From Patescibacteria group bacterium (lineage in GTDB: Bacteria > Patescibacteriota > Patescibacteriia > Buchananbacterales > GWA2-38-13): a DNA stretch of 64,000 bases. The first letter of the stretch is position 1; the number at the start of each line of letters is the position of its first letter. Positions 27,908 to 38,623 of this stretch are shown piece after piece. Below the pieces are notes generated by a model. The model did no database searches, was not told the origin of the DNA, and was given only the letters and a program-made list of their open reading frames with translations. The position numbers and the translations under genes were made by a program. Location: positions 11,851 through 75,850 of the forward strand of contig JAQTQO010000002.1 of assembly GCA_028712155.1 (NCBI GenBank). Direction: 5' to 3'.

Positions 27908-30100
27908 ATGCAACGATCCGAACATCCAACCGCCACCATAGTACTGCTCACCAAAAACGGTGCGCGGTATCTTAAGGAAGTGCTCGCGCAAATTTTTGCG
28001 CAGAGAAGTGATTTTCCGTTCGAATGCATCGCGATCGATTCCGGCTCAACGGATGCGACGCTCGCAATTCTGGCCCGCTACCCGGTGCGCGTGGAGCGAA
28101 TTTCCACCGAAAAATTCAATCACGGAGAAACGCGCAACTTTGGCGCGCGACTCGCCCGCGGAGAATTCATTGTCTTTCTAACCCAGGATGCCACACCGGA
28201 GAATGCACAATGGCTTTACCGCTTAGTCTCCCCGATGCAACAGAACCAGGAAATTACCGCCGTCTGCAGCCGGCAAATACCGCGTGAAACCTGCAATCCG
28301 GTCGTCGCCGGCCACCTGGAATCATCGTACCCCTTGTGCGCCAATGCAGAAGAAATCAAACATTTTTCCGCGGGCACAGTGGACCGACAAACACTGCGCC
28401 GCTGCATCACCCTCTCCAACGTGAGTGCGGCATACCGTACGGCGACGCTGCGACGAAACCCGTTTCCAAAAACCGATTTCGCCGAAGATGCGGCGTGGGA
28501 ATGCTCCGCCCTGCGGCGCGGTGAAACCACTCTGTTCCAACCGCAATCGGTGGTGATACATTCTCACGCATATTCGCTAGGCGGATGGTTGCGGCGGTGC
28601 TACCTGCATGCCTGGGCGATGCAACAAATATATTTCCTTACTGATTCCGCACATCCAGTTTCTGCGTCGCATCGTAAAAGATCAATCCACTCAACCATCA
28701 AAAACGATTGGATCAACCTCGGCAAAAGAAATTTCCGCGGCGTGCGGCGTCTTGGCTGGGTTCTCTACGGGGTGGCCTGGCACGGGACGGCGATGCTGGG
28801 CACTGCGCTGGGTGCACGCGGCGAAAATAATCTCGGTTTGGTGCACCGACTACTCTCCCGGCGGCAGCATCTCTGGAAGACGGAACCCGAAAAAAATGCG
28901 GCGGCAACAATATCCCAAGGCGTTTCCCTCACGATGCCGCCGCAACCGATCACGCGGGTTCTCCATATCGTTGAGGCCACCCAAACCGGTGTTGGCCGGC
29001 ACGTTTTGGATCTTATCACCCATGCGGATCGCAAGCGTTTTCAACCGGCGCTGTGCTATTCGCTGGAACGTTCGGACGCGCATTTTCGCGCCGCGCTGAC
29101 CGCACTCCGCGCGCAGGGCGTACCGCTCTACGCAGTTCCCATGTTTAAAACATTCCGGCCGTTCAAAAATTTTCGGGCGGTCCGGGCGATTCGCGAAATT
29201 TTGCAGCACGGCCAATTCACGGTTATACATACGCACAGCTCGATTGCAGGAATGGTCGGCCGGTTCGCAGCGCGCCGCAGCCGCACGCCGGTAGTCATCT
29301 ACACGCCCAACGGCTGGCCGTTTCTCTCAACGGGCGACCGCGCGCTGGCCGGTGCGTACCGCCAGCTTGAGCGCCGGGCCGCCAAATGGTGCGACCGCAT
29401 TATCTGCGTTTCACGGCATGAACAAGAACTCGGCGTGCGTCTGCACATTGCACCGGCAGAAAAATTCGCCGTTATTCACAACGGCATTGATGCGGCGGCC
29501 ATCACCGGCGACCGCCGGCAGGCGCGTCAAACGCTCGGACTGCCTGATGATGCCATCGCACTCGGGACAATCACCCGATTCGCCTACCAAAAAGACCCCC
29601 TGGGAATGCTCGAAGCGCTCGCACCGCTACTGCGCGAACAACAAAATCTGATGCTCATCGCAATCGGTGAGGGACCGCTCAAGGCGGCCGCCGAATCGAC
29701 CGCCCGACATCTCGGCATTCAGCGCCAGGTTATGCTGACCGGTTTTCGCCAAGATGCGACCGCTCTGCTCTCCGGCTTTGACATGTTCCTGCTTCCCTCG
29801 CGCTATGAAGGCCTTTCCTATGCTATGCTGGAAGCAATGGCCGCCGGCCTGCCGATTATCACGACTGCGGGAGGAAATTCCGAAGCCGTTTCCGACGACG
29901 ACAACGGGTTCATTGTCCCCGTGGGCGACCACTCCGCCCTGCGCACTGCGGTAAGCCGGCTCGTACAAGACCCGGCGCTGCGATCGCGCCTGGGTCGTCG
30001 CAGCCGCCAGAAAATTGAAAATTTCACGGTCCAACGGCAGGTCCAACTGACCGAATCGCTCTACGACCAGCGGTTGAAAGAATATCAAAACAAAGGATGA
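27908..30100 (+). CDS. Bifunctional glycosyltransferase: N-terminal GT2 domain plus C-terminal GT4 (GT-B) domain
   Basis: N-terminal TIVLLTKNGARYLKEVL...IDSGSTDAT (GT2). C-terminal RVLHIVEATQTGVGRHV...EGLSYAMLEAMAAGLPIITT (GT4 E-x7-E motif). Confidence 0.75.
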   Translation: MQRSEHPTATIVLLTKNGARYLKEVLAQIFAQRSDFPFECIAIDSGSTDATLAILARYPVRVERISTEKFNHGETRNFGARLARGEFIVFLTQDATPENAQWLYRLVSPMQQNQEITAVCSRQIPRETCNPVVAGHLESSYPLCANAEEIKHFSAGTVDRQTLRRCITLSNVSAAYRTATLRRNPFPKTDFAEDAAWECSALRRGETTLFQPQSVVIHSHAYSLGGWLRRCYLHAWAMQQIYFLTDSAHPVSASHRKRSIHSTIKNDWINLGKRNFRGVRRLGWVLYGVAWHGTAMLGTALGARGENNLGLVHRLLSRRQHLWKTEPEKNAAATISQGVSLTMPPQPITRVLHIVEATQTGVGRHVLDLITHADRKRFQPALCYSLERSDAHFRAALTALRAQGVPLYAVPMFKTFRPFKNFRAVRAIREILQHGQFTVIHTHSSIAGMVGRFAARRSRTPVVIYTPNGWPFLSTGDRALAGAYRQLERRAAKWCDRIICVSRHEQELGVRLHIAPAEKFAVIHNGIDAAAITGDRRQARQTLGLPDDAIALGTITRFAYQKDPLGMLEALAPLLREQQNLMLIAIGEGPLKAAAESTARHLGIQRQVMLTGFRQDATALLSGFDMFLLPSRYEGLSYAMLEAMAAGLPIITTAGGNSEAVSDDDNGFIVPVGDHSALRTAVSRLVQDPALRSRLGRRSRQKIENFTVQRQVQLTESLYDQRLKEYQNKG

Positions 30101-30134
30101 TGACCTTGAATTTATTGATGACGATCGCAACCGT

Positions 30135-31478
30135 ATGATATTTCTCCTGGTACTCAGCGATGCTCTCGGAATCGGATTAGCGTTCACCGCAAGTTATGCG
30201 GCGCGTCGCTGGGGGCCGCTGTCGCAATCGCTAGAAATTCTGCTGCCGTTCTCCGCATACCAGAAGGCTTTGCCGTTCGCCGTCGCGCTGTTTTTGCTGA
30301 TCGCCTACCTGCGCGGATTGTACCGGCCCCACCGCCGCCTCAACCAGTTGAGTGAATCGTACGAGCTGGTAAAAGCAGTTACCGGCTGGGCGCTGTTGAT
30401 CATGGCGGGCTCCTACCTGTCGAAGCAGGATTACTCGCGCATCATTGTCGTGAGCACGTGGGTGCTGAGCATCGGCACCATCACTATCGGCCGGTTGATT
30501 GCCGGCCGAACAATCCGGGTATTGGCGCAGCGCGGCATCGGCACCATCCGCGTCCTGGTCGTCGGTTCCGGCAAACCGGCACGCATCGTCGCGCAGGAAC
30601 TCAAGCGGTACGAACGGCTTGGCTACCGCATCGTCGGCTGCGTCGGTGAGGGTGACTGCAACGGCGTTCCCTTACTGGGAGCAATCGGAGAAGCGCCGCC
30701 GCTGATCGCGCGGCACCGCATCAACCAAGTCTACGTGGCCGACCCGAGTCTTTCCTACGACGCGATCTTGAACCTCGTACACCGGTGCCCAAAATCCGAC
30801 GTCGAGTTCCGCGTCGCGGCAAACATTTTTCCGCGGCTTCACGAACCGCACGCCCTCAACGAATTGGAGGGATTGCCGTCGCTTGACCTGCGAAAAATCC
30901 AGCCCAATGCGCTGCACCGTACCGTCAAACGCCTGCTGGACCTGGGACTTGGCGGAGTCATGCTCGTGGTCAGCGCTCCCCTCTGGCTGGCGATCACCTA
31001 CCTGATCCGGCGTGACTCGGCCGGGCCGGCCGTCATCCGACAAACCCGCGTCGGGTACAAAGGCCACCGGTTCACATTGTATAAATTCCGTTCGATGTCA
31101 GCGTCGACCGACCGCGACGGCCCGCCGCCCACCGGCGAAGAAGACCCCCGCGTCACCCGCCTGGGCAAATTCCTCCGCCGCACCAGCCTCGACGAGCTGC
31201 CCCAGCTCCTCAACGTCCTGAAAGGCGACATGAGCCTGGTGGGACCGCGGCCCGAACTCGTGTCGCTTGCGGCCACGTACCGCGACTGGCAGTTCCGCCG
31301 GTTTGACGCCAAACCCGGCATGACCGGCCTCTGGCAAGTGCTCGGACGCAAAGACTTAAACCTCGAACAAAAACTCGAGTACGATTTTTACTACGTCAAC
31401 AACCAGTCGCTACTGCTGGACCTCGTCATCCTCGTGCGCACGATCCCCGTCACCCTGTTTGGCCGCGGCGCGTATTAA
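30135..31478 (+). CDS. Polyprenyl-phosphate glycosyl-1-phosphate transferase (WbaP/bacterial sugar transferase family) #1
   Basis: 447 aa. N-terminal TM helices, then the C-terminal catalytic domain ...LDELPQLLNVLKGDMSLVGPRPE...KPGMTGLWQV. Confidence 0.8.
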   Translation: MIFLLVLSDALGIGLAFTASYAARRWGPLSQSLEILLPFSAYQKALPFAVALFLLIAYLRGLYRPHRRLNQLSESYELVKAVTGWALLIMAGSYLSKQDYSRIIVVSTWVLSIGTITIGRLIAGRTIRVLAQRGIGTIRVLVVGSGKPARIVAQELKRYERLGYRIVGCVGEGDCNGVPLLGAIGEAPPLIARHRINQVYVADPSLSYDAILNLVHRCPKSDVEFRVAANIFPRLHEPHALNELEGLPSLDLRKIQPNALHRTVKRLLDLGLGGVMLVVSAPLWLAITYLIRRDSAGPAVIRQTRVGYKGHRFTLYKFRSMSASTDRDGPPPTGEEDPRVTRLGKFLRRTSLDELPQLLNVLKGDMSLVGPRPELVSLAATYRDWQFRRFDAKPGMTGLWQVLGRKDLNLEQKLEYDFYYVNNQSLLLDLVILVRTIPVTLFGRGAY

Positions 31479-31489
31479 AACCCGAATTT

Positions 31490-33031
31490 TCATTGCCGCA
31501 AATCGGGTGGATGAGAAGACGAGAACAATAAGGCGAGATCGTCGCGTCCAATGGACCGAAAAATGAAAAGGGATGACCCGATATACACCGCCGCTCCAAT
31601 CGCAATGAGCAGGAAAAGCGGCAACTGATAACATGCGAAGAGCAGCAGCCACAGCAGCATACCGTTGGCTGCAATATACGGCCAGAACGTAAAGTCAACC
31701 GCGAAGGGGATCGCGCCATACATCAACAAGAAATAAACGATCTCAGCGATCAGCGTCGCCGCTGCCGCGCCGGAAATCGACCAGCGGGGAATAAAAAACA
31801 GGTTCAAAACGATATTCAGCACCATCGTCGATGCGATGATTTTGCTTGCGATCCTTTCCTTGTCCAAACAAACCAGGAGCGTCCCGCACACCGCATTGAG
31901 AAAAACGAAAACCTCGGCGACGATCAAAATCGCCAGCGGAGAAACCGCGGGCGAAAATTCGGCGGGGTAGATCAGGGCAATAATCCGCGGGGACAGCACG
32001 GCAATTCCGATCGCCATCGGAACTCCAGCCACCAGGAGGAATTTTACGGTCTTATTGTACAGTCGGACGAGCTTCGGCGGATCATGGTGGTACAGCTGCC
32101 GTAGGGACGGGAACATCGCCATAAAAATAACGGCAGGAAAAAAGTTGAATACATTGACGATCGCGTACGCCGCATTGTACCAACCGACGGGCCGGTAACC
32201 GGAAAAAAATTGGATCATCACTGTATCGATTTTCGTGTACACGGCATACGAAATGGCAAAGAACAAAAACGGCATAGCGCGCCTGCCCAAGGCGGCATAC
32301 TTTCCCCATCCCCGGGGGAAATGGAACTTTAACTGCAGGTGCCGGAATTGATACAGGTACGAACACAGAATCGCCAGTAAATATCCGCCCAGATAGGCGC
32401 GCAGCGAACACCCCAGCGCGAGGAGTATGAACCCCAAAACCACCGAAATACCCCGTTCCAAAATGAGGGCGACTGATTTGTACCTAAATCTGTTCTGGGA
32501 GGTGAAATAGACGTTGTTTGACTCGCGCAGCGAGTTGACAAACAGGATAAGGAAAAACAGAACGAGCTCAGGGACGATATCGCCATGCACCGCAAACCCG
32601 TACAGCAACACGCCGCCAAAAAGCAACGCTGACAACGCGCATTTTATCGCATTCAACAAATTCCATTCTTCCTCCAGATTGGTCACGTCGGTCGACCACC
32701 GCCGGGCAAAATACATCCCCGCCCCGATTTCCGTGAAGGTGAACAGAATGCTTTCAAAAGATTTCGCAAAATTGTATATCCCGTACTGGTAGTCACCGAT
32801 TTTGCGGACAAAATAGATGATGAACAAAAAACCGACCAAATAATTAAACAGGTCGGCCACAATGATCCATGATACGTTACCGAAAATTATCTTCCGATAG
32901 CTGGTGCGTCTCATATACTTCGATGGATGATCCGCGTACGAAACCAATGTGAGAAAGAGAGGCCAACGTTTCCGGAGCGGCCCGATCAAAAATTTTCCGC
33001 CACTCGTTGTGCGTTTCAAACCGCGGGGCAA
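31490..33031 (-). CDS. wzx: Oligosaccharide flippase (Wzx/MOP superfamily)
   Basis: Polytopic membrane protein with ~12-14 TM segments. ...NVSWIIVADLFNYLVGFLFIIYFVRKIGDYQYGIYNFAKSFESI is typical of the polysaccharide biosynthesis protein family. The true start may be the internal Met at ~32914. Confidence 0.7.
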   Translation of the reverse strand: MPRGLKRTTSGGKFLIGPLRKRWPLFLTLVSYADHPSKYMRRTSYRKIIFGNVSWIIVADLFNYLVGFLFIIYFVRKIGDYQYGIYNFAKSFESILFTFTEIGAGMYFARRWSTDVTNLEEEWNLLNAIKCALSALLFGGVLLYGFAVHGDIVPELVLFFLILFVNSLRESNNVYFTSQNRFRYKSVALILERGISVVLGFILLALGCSLRAYLGGYLLAILCSYLYQFRHLQLKFHFPRGWGKYAALGRRAMPFLFFAISYAVYTKIDTVMIQFFSGYRPVGWYNAAYAIVNVFNFFPAVIFMAMFPSLRQLYHHDPPKLVRLYNKTVKFLLVAGVPMAIGIAVLSPRIIALIYPAEFSPAVSPLAILIVAEVFVFLNAVCGTLLVCLDKERIASKIIASTMVLNIVLNLFFIPRWSISGAAAATLIAEIVYFLLMYGAIPFAVDFTFWPYIAANGMLLWLLLFACYQLPLFLLIAIGAAVYIGSSLFIFRSIGRDDLALLFSSSHPPDLRQ

Positions 33032-33348
33032 AAGCGAACTTGCCTAGATGCAACGGCATGCCCGTTCCATATTTCTGGCACTGGGCAAGGATCACCTCCA
33101 TATCCGACATACTGCAAAGACCCGACCATCCGGTTCACGGATCCTGAACAAATTTTTGCATCCCCGGATACGATACCAACAATTCCGCACATAAAGCGCT
33201 CCATTGACGATACAAGTAGATTGTGGTAATTTTAGCATAAATATCGCCAAAATCAAACGTTCGAACAACCAAATTTAACTCATGTATTTGCCGAGCGGTA
33301 AAATTTCATCCACTGCCGGATTCACCCTCATGAAACTTCGAAAAAAGT

Positions 33349-34098
33349 ATGGCTCCGAGAATGGCATCCGTGGGGCGCAAAATTCTGCATTCCGGCCGGC
33401 GATTCGTCCGGTACGGAAGTTTTCTTAAGGATTACCGGATCTTCAAACAACTCGCTGGGGATAGCAGCCGATTCCCCGTGCATTGGCAAAATCGCAGTCC
33501 CAGGCTGGGAGAAAAAACTGGAGCGACCGACTTTGACCGCCACTACATCTATCACACCGCCTGGGCAGCCCGCACGCTGAAAAAGATCAACCCCGATTAT
33601 CACGTTGATATCTCTTCAACGCTCTATTTTTGCGCCATCGCGTCGGCGTTCGTTCCAATACGCTACTATGAATACCGACCACCGGATTTGTCGTTGCCCA
33701 ATCTCGATGTCGCCCACGCCGATTTGCTCCATCTCCCATTCGCTGACCACACCGTTGCGTCGCTCTCGTGCCTCCACGTGATCGAGCATGTCGGATTGGG
33801 CCGATACGGCGATTTGCTTGATCCGGAGGGCGACATGAAAGCCATACGGGAGTTGCAGCGCGTAGTCGCGCCCGGCGGTTCTCTGCTGGTCGTCGTACCC
33901 GTCGGCCGTCCGATGCTGCACTTCAACGCCCATCGCGTGTACCGGTACGACCAGTTCCGCACGTACTTCAAGCAAATGAAATTAAAGGAATTTGTTTTCA
34001 TCTCAGAACGCGGCGGCCCGTTGATGGTGAACGCTGCGCCACAAGCAACCGAACAGGAAGCATACGGCTGCGGCTGTTTTTGGTTCACAAAATTATGA
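33349..34098 (+). CDS. SAM-methyltransferase-like protein (DUF268-like)
   Basis: ...LHLPFADHTVASLSCLHVIEHVGLGRYGDLLDPEGD...VAPGGSLLVVVP is methyltransferase type 11/DUF268-like. Start uncertain. Confidence 0.4.
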   Translation: MAPRMASVGRKILHSGRRFVRYGSFLKDYRIFKQLAGDSSRFPVHWQNRSPRLGEKTGATDFDRHYIYHTAWAARTLKKINPDYHVDISSTLYFCAIASAFVPIRYYEYRPPDLSLPNLDVAHADLLHLPFADHTVASLSCLHVIEHVGLGRYGDLLDPEGDMKAIRELQRVVAPGGSLLVVVPVGRPMLHFNAHRVYRYDQFRTYFKQMKLKEFVFISERGGPLMVNAAPQATEQEAYGCGCFWFTKL

Positions 34099-34105
34099 AA
34101 AGCAT

Positions 34106-34963
34106 ATGATTTTTGTCAAACTGATCGGTGGATTAGGAAACCAACTCTTTCAGTACGCTGCCGGTCGGCGGCTCGCTCATCACCACCAGACCGAGCTCAA
34201 GCTGGACATTTCCGCTTACGAGACCTATGCGCTCAGACAGTATGCGCTAAAAAATTTTAACATTATTGAAAATATCGCCTCGTCGAAAGAAATGCAAAGA
34301 TACCACCAACCGCCGTGGAAAAGATTGGCGGACGGATTGAAGAAATACTCACGGAGAAGCGTGATTCGAGAACGAACACTCCGTTTCGATCCGCGGGTAT
34401 TGGAACTCCCTGATAATGTCTGTCTCCAGGGGTACTGGGCGAGTGAGCGCTATTTCAAGGACATTGAAAGTATCGTTCACCGCGAATTCACGCTCCGTTT
34501 TCCTATGAGCGCGACCGCGCAGGCGATCACCCGTGCCATTACCCAAAGCAACGCCGTTTCCATTCATATCCGACGCGGCGATTACGCACAGAACGAACAC
34601 ACCCGGGAAGTACACGGCCTCTGTCCGTTGGAGTATTACCGAACCGCGAGTGACCTGATGGCCCGTCAGGTCGGCAATTTTTCCCTGTTCGTATTCACGG
34701 ATGACATCGCATGGGCGAAGGAGCACTTCATACTCCCATACCCCACAACCTTCGTTTCCGGCCAGCCAGGTCTAACGGACCACGAGGAGCTCATCCTGCA
34801 CAGCAACTGCCAACACCACATTATCGCCAACAGCACGTTCAGCTGGTGGGGAGCGTGGCTGTCAGGGAATCCGAATAAAATCGTAATTGCTCCGAAGCGA
34901 TGGTTCCGTGATCCCTCGCTGAGTGCAGCCGACTTATTGCCTCCCTCTTGGATTACCTTATGA
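34106..34963 (+). CDS. futC: Alpha-1,2-fucosyltransferase (GT11 family)
   Basis: N-terminal GGLGNQLFQYA and internal HIRRGDY are hallmark GT11 motifs. Local GC (~48%) is lower than the window average. Confidence 0.8.
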   Translation: MIFVKLIGGLGNQLFQYAAGRRLAHHHQTELKLDISAYETYALRQYALKNFNIIENIASSKEMQRYHQPPWKRLADGLKKYSRRSVIRERTLRFDPRVLELPDNVCLQGYWASERYFKDIESIVHREFTLRFPMSATAQAITRAITQSNAVSIHIRRGDYAQNEHTREVHGLCPLEYYRTASDLMARQVGNFSLFVFTDDIAWAKEHFILPYPTTFVSGQPGLTDHEELILHSNCQHHIIANSTFSWWGAWLSGNPNKIVIAPKRWFRDPSLSAADLLPPSWITL

Positions 34964-35877
34964 GGGGATATTTTTTTCGCTGGTATTTGAGAAGCGTAAA
35001 ATTCCTCTCGCGATACCGGTTCAGTAATCTGCGGCCAGTCAAAACTACCCATCGAGTGATAAAACGATTACTGAAACCAAATACAATCTCAGCGCAAGGG
35101 CACCGATTTCACTTTAATCCATCCGATAAGTCCGTCGCCCAGGAGCTCGTGCTCCATCGAACATTTGAGCCGCTCACGACGAAAGTTTTTGAAGGCGTGA
35201 TCAAACCGGGAATGACGGTCGTGGATCTTGGGGCCAACATCGGCTACTTCACGTTACTGGCTGCACGCCTGGTCGGCCATGAAGGGAAGGTCTTCGCCTT
35301 TGAGCCGGAACCGAAAAATTTTTCGCTTCTGCAGAAAAATATTTCTGATAATCACTACCGCAATATTGTCGCGGTACAAAGTGCGGTGACCGACAAAATT
35401 GCCACAGTAAAATTATTTTTAAGCCGTACGAATAAAGGCGGTCACAGTTTACTGCCGCCGCAAGATTCGGAAGGCGCGGTACTGGTACCGTCAATGTCCA
35501 TCAATTCCTACTTCGCGAATTCCCCCTCCCACATCGATCTGATCAAAATGGACATCGAGGGCGCCGAGCCGTTAGCGCTGAACGGTATGGAAGAAGTCCT
35601 CAAAAAGAACCCAAACATCATCCTGATCACGGAGTTCAATCCAACCGTGATACGCAAGGGTGGCTGCCGGCCGGAATTGTTTCTCCAAATGCTGCAACGC
35701 CACTTCCCCACGATCATTGAAATTGATGAAGAGAATAGCCAATTCCACACCATCGGCGACGCTCGAACACTCCAACCGATCTTTAACGACGCCAACTACT
35801 ACCATAACCTCATCTGCCTGCGCAACACCGTCGACTTTGGCTGGCTGATGGCCTCGGTATCTCATGCCCGCACCTAG
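34948..35877 (+). CDS. FkbM family methyltransferase
   Basis: ...VVDLGANIGYFTLLAARLVGHEGKVFAFEPEPKNFSLLQKNI... is the FkbM signature. Confidence 0.75.
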   Translation: MDYLMRGYFFRWYLRSVKFLSRYRFSNLRPVKTTHRVIKRLLKPNTISAQGHRFHFNPSDKSVAQELVLHRTFEPLTTKVFEGVIKPGMTVVDLGANIGYFTLLAARLVGHEGKVFAFEPEPKNFSLLQKNISDNHYRNIVAVQSAVTDKIATVKLFLSRTNKGGHSLLPPQDSEGAVLVPSMSINSYFANSPSHIDLIKMDIEGAEPLALNGMEEVLKKNPNIILITEFNPTVIRKGGCRPELFLQMLQRHFPTIIEIDEENSQFHTIGDARTLQPIFNDANYYHNLICLRNTVDFGWLMASVSHART

Positions 35878-36844
35878 CACCCATCCCCTGGTTTCCGTTA
35901 TCATACCGACACGAAACCGTGCTGAAATGCTTGCATCATGTGTCGGAAACATTTTTAAGCAAACATACCCCAACTATGAACTTATCATTGTTGATGATGG
36001 CAGTACCGACAATTCCAAAGAGGTGATCAACCGTATCCGCGTCAGCCAACCGACGGGAAAAATTGACTATCGGCGGCAACCACACAGCGGTCCGTCGGCG
36101 GCGCGCAATACCGGAATCGCTTGCGCCCGCGGTGAATACATCGCCTTCTGCGATGATGACGATGCCTGGCATCCCCAAAAACTCTCTGACCAAATTGCGT
36201 TTCTACTGGCGCACCAAGAGATAAAAATTTGTTTCACCAATGGTTATTACGCGAGCGGAAAAAAAACCCTGCGGCATCTCATTTTCCCGCATCCGCCGCG
36301 ATTAGACCTCAAAGATTTCCTGCTCCAAAACCCCGTTCCCCTTTCTAGTGTTGTCATGCACCGCGCGTGTTTCCGGGAAGTCGGCGGATTTGATGAAACC
36401 CTGCGCGTCTGTGAGGATTACGACTTGTGGTTACGGATGCGGACGCGTTATTCATTTTCTATGATTGACGTCCCGCTGTTCACCTATCAATGCCATACCG
36501 AGAACGCAACGAATGATTTCGAGCGATTAGCCCGAACTAGACTCCGGCTTATCCAGCGCACGTACGCTGCGTGGGTGGCGGAAAATCCCGGTATATTCAG
36601 CACCGCCGAAAAACGGCAGATTGAAAGCACCATCGCGTTGCGAGAAGGGAAGTGCTGCTTCTTTTTTGACAAACAACGGCGGCCGGCCATCAAACAATGC
36701 ATCCGGGCATTAAGAATCTCTCCCGGGAACCGACGAGCATATTTGTATTTTGTCTTATACCTCATGGGGAACGGATTTTTTTCCGCCATCTACATACCGG
36801 CGTACGAGAAACTGTTTCACCGACCATACCTACGGAGCGCCTAA
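35864..36844 (+). CDS. Glycosyltransferase family 2
   Basis: VSVIIPTRNRAEMLASCVGNIFKQTYPNYELIIVDDGSTDNS and a DDDD motif. Confidence 0.75.
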   Translation: MPAPSTHPLVSVIIPTRNRAEMLASCVGNIFKQTYPNYELIIVDDGSTDNSKEVINRIRVSQPTGKIDYRRQPHSGPSAARNTGIACARGEYIAFCDDDDAWHPQKLSDQIAFLLAHQEIKICFTNGYYASGKKTLRHLIFPHPPRLDLKDFLLQNPVPLSSVVMHRACFREVGGFDETLRVCEDYDLWLRMRTRYSFSMIDVPLFTYQCHTENATNDFERLARTRLRLIQRTYAAWVAENPGIFSTAEKRQIESTIALREGKCCFFFDKQRRPAIKQCIRALRISPGNRRAYLYFVLYLMGNGFFSAIYIPAYEKLFHRPYLRSA

Positions 36845-36868
36845 ATTTTACGTGCATCTACCCACGGT

Positions 36869-37732
36869 ATGCAATCTCATCCTTCTCCCCTCGTCAGCGT
36901 CATTCTGCCTACCTACAACCGTGCGGACTTCGTGGGACGCGCGATAACGAGTATCGTTGGCCAGACCTACCGTAACCTCGAACTCATTATCGTCAACGAC
37001 GGCGGGACCGACCACACGGACGAAATTATCGCTCAGTACCGCGACGCGAGAATCCATTATGTCAAAAAATCAAACGGAGGCCTGGCCTCGGCCCGAAACT
37101 TCGGCCTCCAGCACGCCCGGGGCGAATATATTGTATTCTGTGATGACGATGACTGGTTTTTGCCGGAAAAACTGATGCGCCAGGTTGAGTTTATGATTTC
37201 GCGCGATCTTTTGATTTCTTACACCAACGTTTGGGTTCAATCCGAAGACGGACGGCGAACGCTAGCTTTTCGCAAACCGCCGAAATACCCGGCCGCTGCT
37301 GCCCTCACGCGCAATCTCGCTCCTGTGATGGCATTCATGGTGCAACGGAAATGTTTCGCAGTTATCGGCGGATTTGATGAAAGTTTGCCCGCCTGCGAAG
37401 ATTACGATTTCTGGTTACGCGCACTGCGCCGTTACGACTGCGTTCCCCTCAACATCCCCCTGGCCGTTTACTGGCACCATCTCGACAATATGGTGAGTGA
37501 TAAGCAGCTCATGTCTCGATACATGAATATCGTGGCCCAAAAAAATTTGGACGCCTTGATCCTGGCGCGGCCGAAAGAAATTTCGCCGTCAATTGAACGT
37601 CGTGCGATGAGACACTACCGGCTGCGCGACGCCAAACGGGAATTCCGCGACCATCGCTACGGCCGTGCACTCTTTGCCATGTTTTCCGCCGTTTCGCAGC
37701 GAGCCCGTCCCAGACAACCACCGACGCGATAA
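36869..37732 (+). CDS. Glycosyltransferase family 2
   Basis: VSVILPTYNRADFVGRAITSIVGQTYRNLELIIVNDGGTDHT and CDDDDW. Confidence 0.75.
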   Translation: MQSHPSPLVSVILPTYNRADFVGRAITSIVGQTYRNLELIIVNDGGTDHTDEIIAQYRDARIHYVKKSNGGLASARNFGLQHARGEYIVFCDDDDWFLPEKLMRQVEFMISRDLLISYTNVWVQSEDGRRTLAFRKPPKYPAAAALTRNLAPVMAFMVQRKCFAVIGGFDESLPACEDYDFWLRALRRYDCVPLNIPLAVYWHHLDNMVSDKQLMSRYMNIVAQKNLDALILARPKEISPSIERRAMRHYRLRDAKREFRDHRYGRALFAMFSAVSQRARPRQPPTR

Positions 37733-37747
37733 TAATACAAGCAAACC

Positions 37748-38623
37748 ATGGTTTCCGTAATTATTGTCACATACAATTCGGGCTTGCACATCCGGCGCTG
37801 CCTGAATGCATTGCATGAGTCGGCAGCCCTATTGGGCGAGATCATCGTCGTTGACAACGCCTCGACCGACGATAGCGCCACCCTTGTCCGGCAGCATTTC
37901 CCGCAGGTACACCTCATCGTGAACGTCGAAAACCGCGGATTTGCCGCAGCGGCAAACCTTGGATTTCGCGCCAGCCAGGGCTCGACGATATTTTTGCTCA
38001 ACCCGGACACGGTCGCCAATGCAGCAGCGGTACGGCACATGGCGGACCTGCTCATCCACGATACAAAAATTGCCGCCGTCGGCTGCCAACTCCGCAATCT
38101 CGACGATACAATCCAGCCTTCAGCTGGCCGCTTTCCGACTATCGCAAATCTCACGGTCAACCGCACGCCGATCCTCAAGTATCTGCTGCCGTCGTATTGT
38201 GATTTTCGCCGTTCATACTACCGCCGACCGCAGACGCCGGATTGGCTTTCCGGCGCGTGCCTGATGGTGCAGCGACGCGCGTTTCAAAGCGTCGGCGGAT
38301 TCGACGAAAAATATTTCATGTACGGTGAGGACGTGGATCTCTGCTACCGCCTCCGCCGTACCGGCTGGCACATCGCGTACACGCCAACAGCTCACGTCAT
38401 GCATGCCGACGAAGGGAAAACTGCGGCAAAAAAAATCGACAAATTCATCAACCTCCGCCGCGGTTTGTTGCGATTTTACCGCCAGCACTACCCTCCATCC
38501 GCGCTCACGCGCTTCCGAGTGGTACTGCACACCGAGCTCTTTTTCAGACGGCTGACCTCAACCCAACCAGCGCACAGACAAGCCTATCGAGATCTCATCG
38601 CAGAACTCTCGTCCACCCCATGA
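37748..38623 (+). CDS. Glycosyltransferase family 2 (rhamnosyltransferase-like)
   Basis: MVSVIIVTYNSGLHIRRCLNAL...VVDNASTDDS...GEDVDLCYRL. Confidence 0.7.
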   Translation: MVSVIIVTYNSGLHIRRCLNALHESAALLGEIIVVDNASTDDSATLVRQHFPQVHLIVNVENRGFAAAANLGFRASQGSTIFLLNPDTVANAAAVRHMADLLIHDTKIAAVGCQLRNLDDTIQPSAGRFPTIANLTVNRTPILKYLLPSYCDFRRSYYRRPQTPDWLSGACLMVQRRAFQSVGGFDEKYFMYGEDVDLCYRLRRTGWHIAYTPTAHVMHADEGKTAAKKIDKFINLRRGLLRFYRQHYPPSALTRFRVVLHTELFFRRLTSTQPAHRQAYRDLIAELSSTP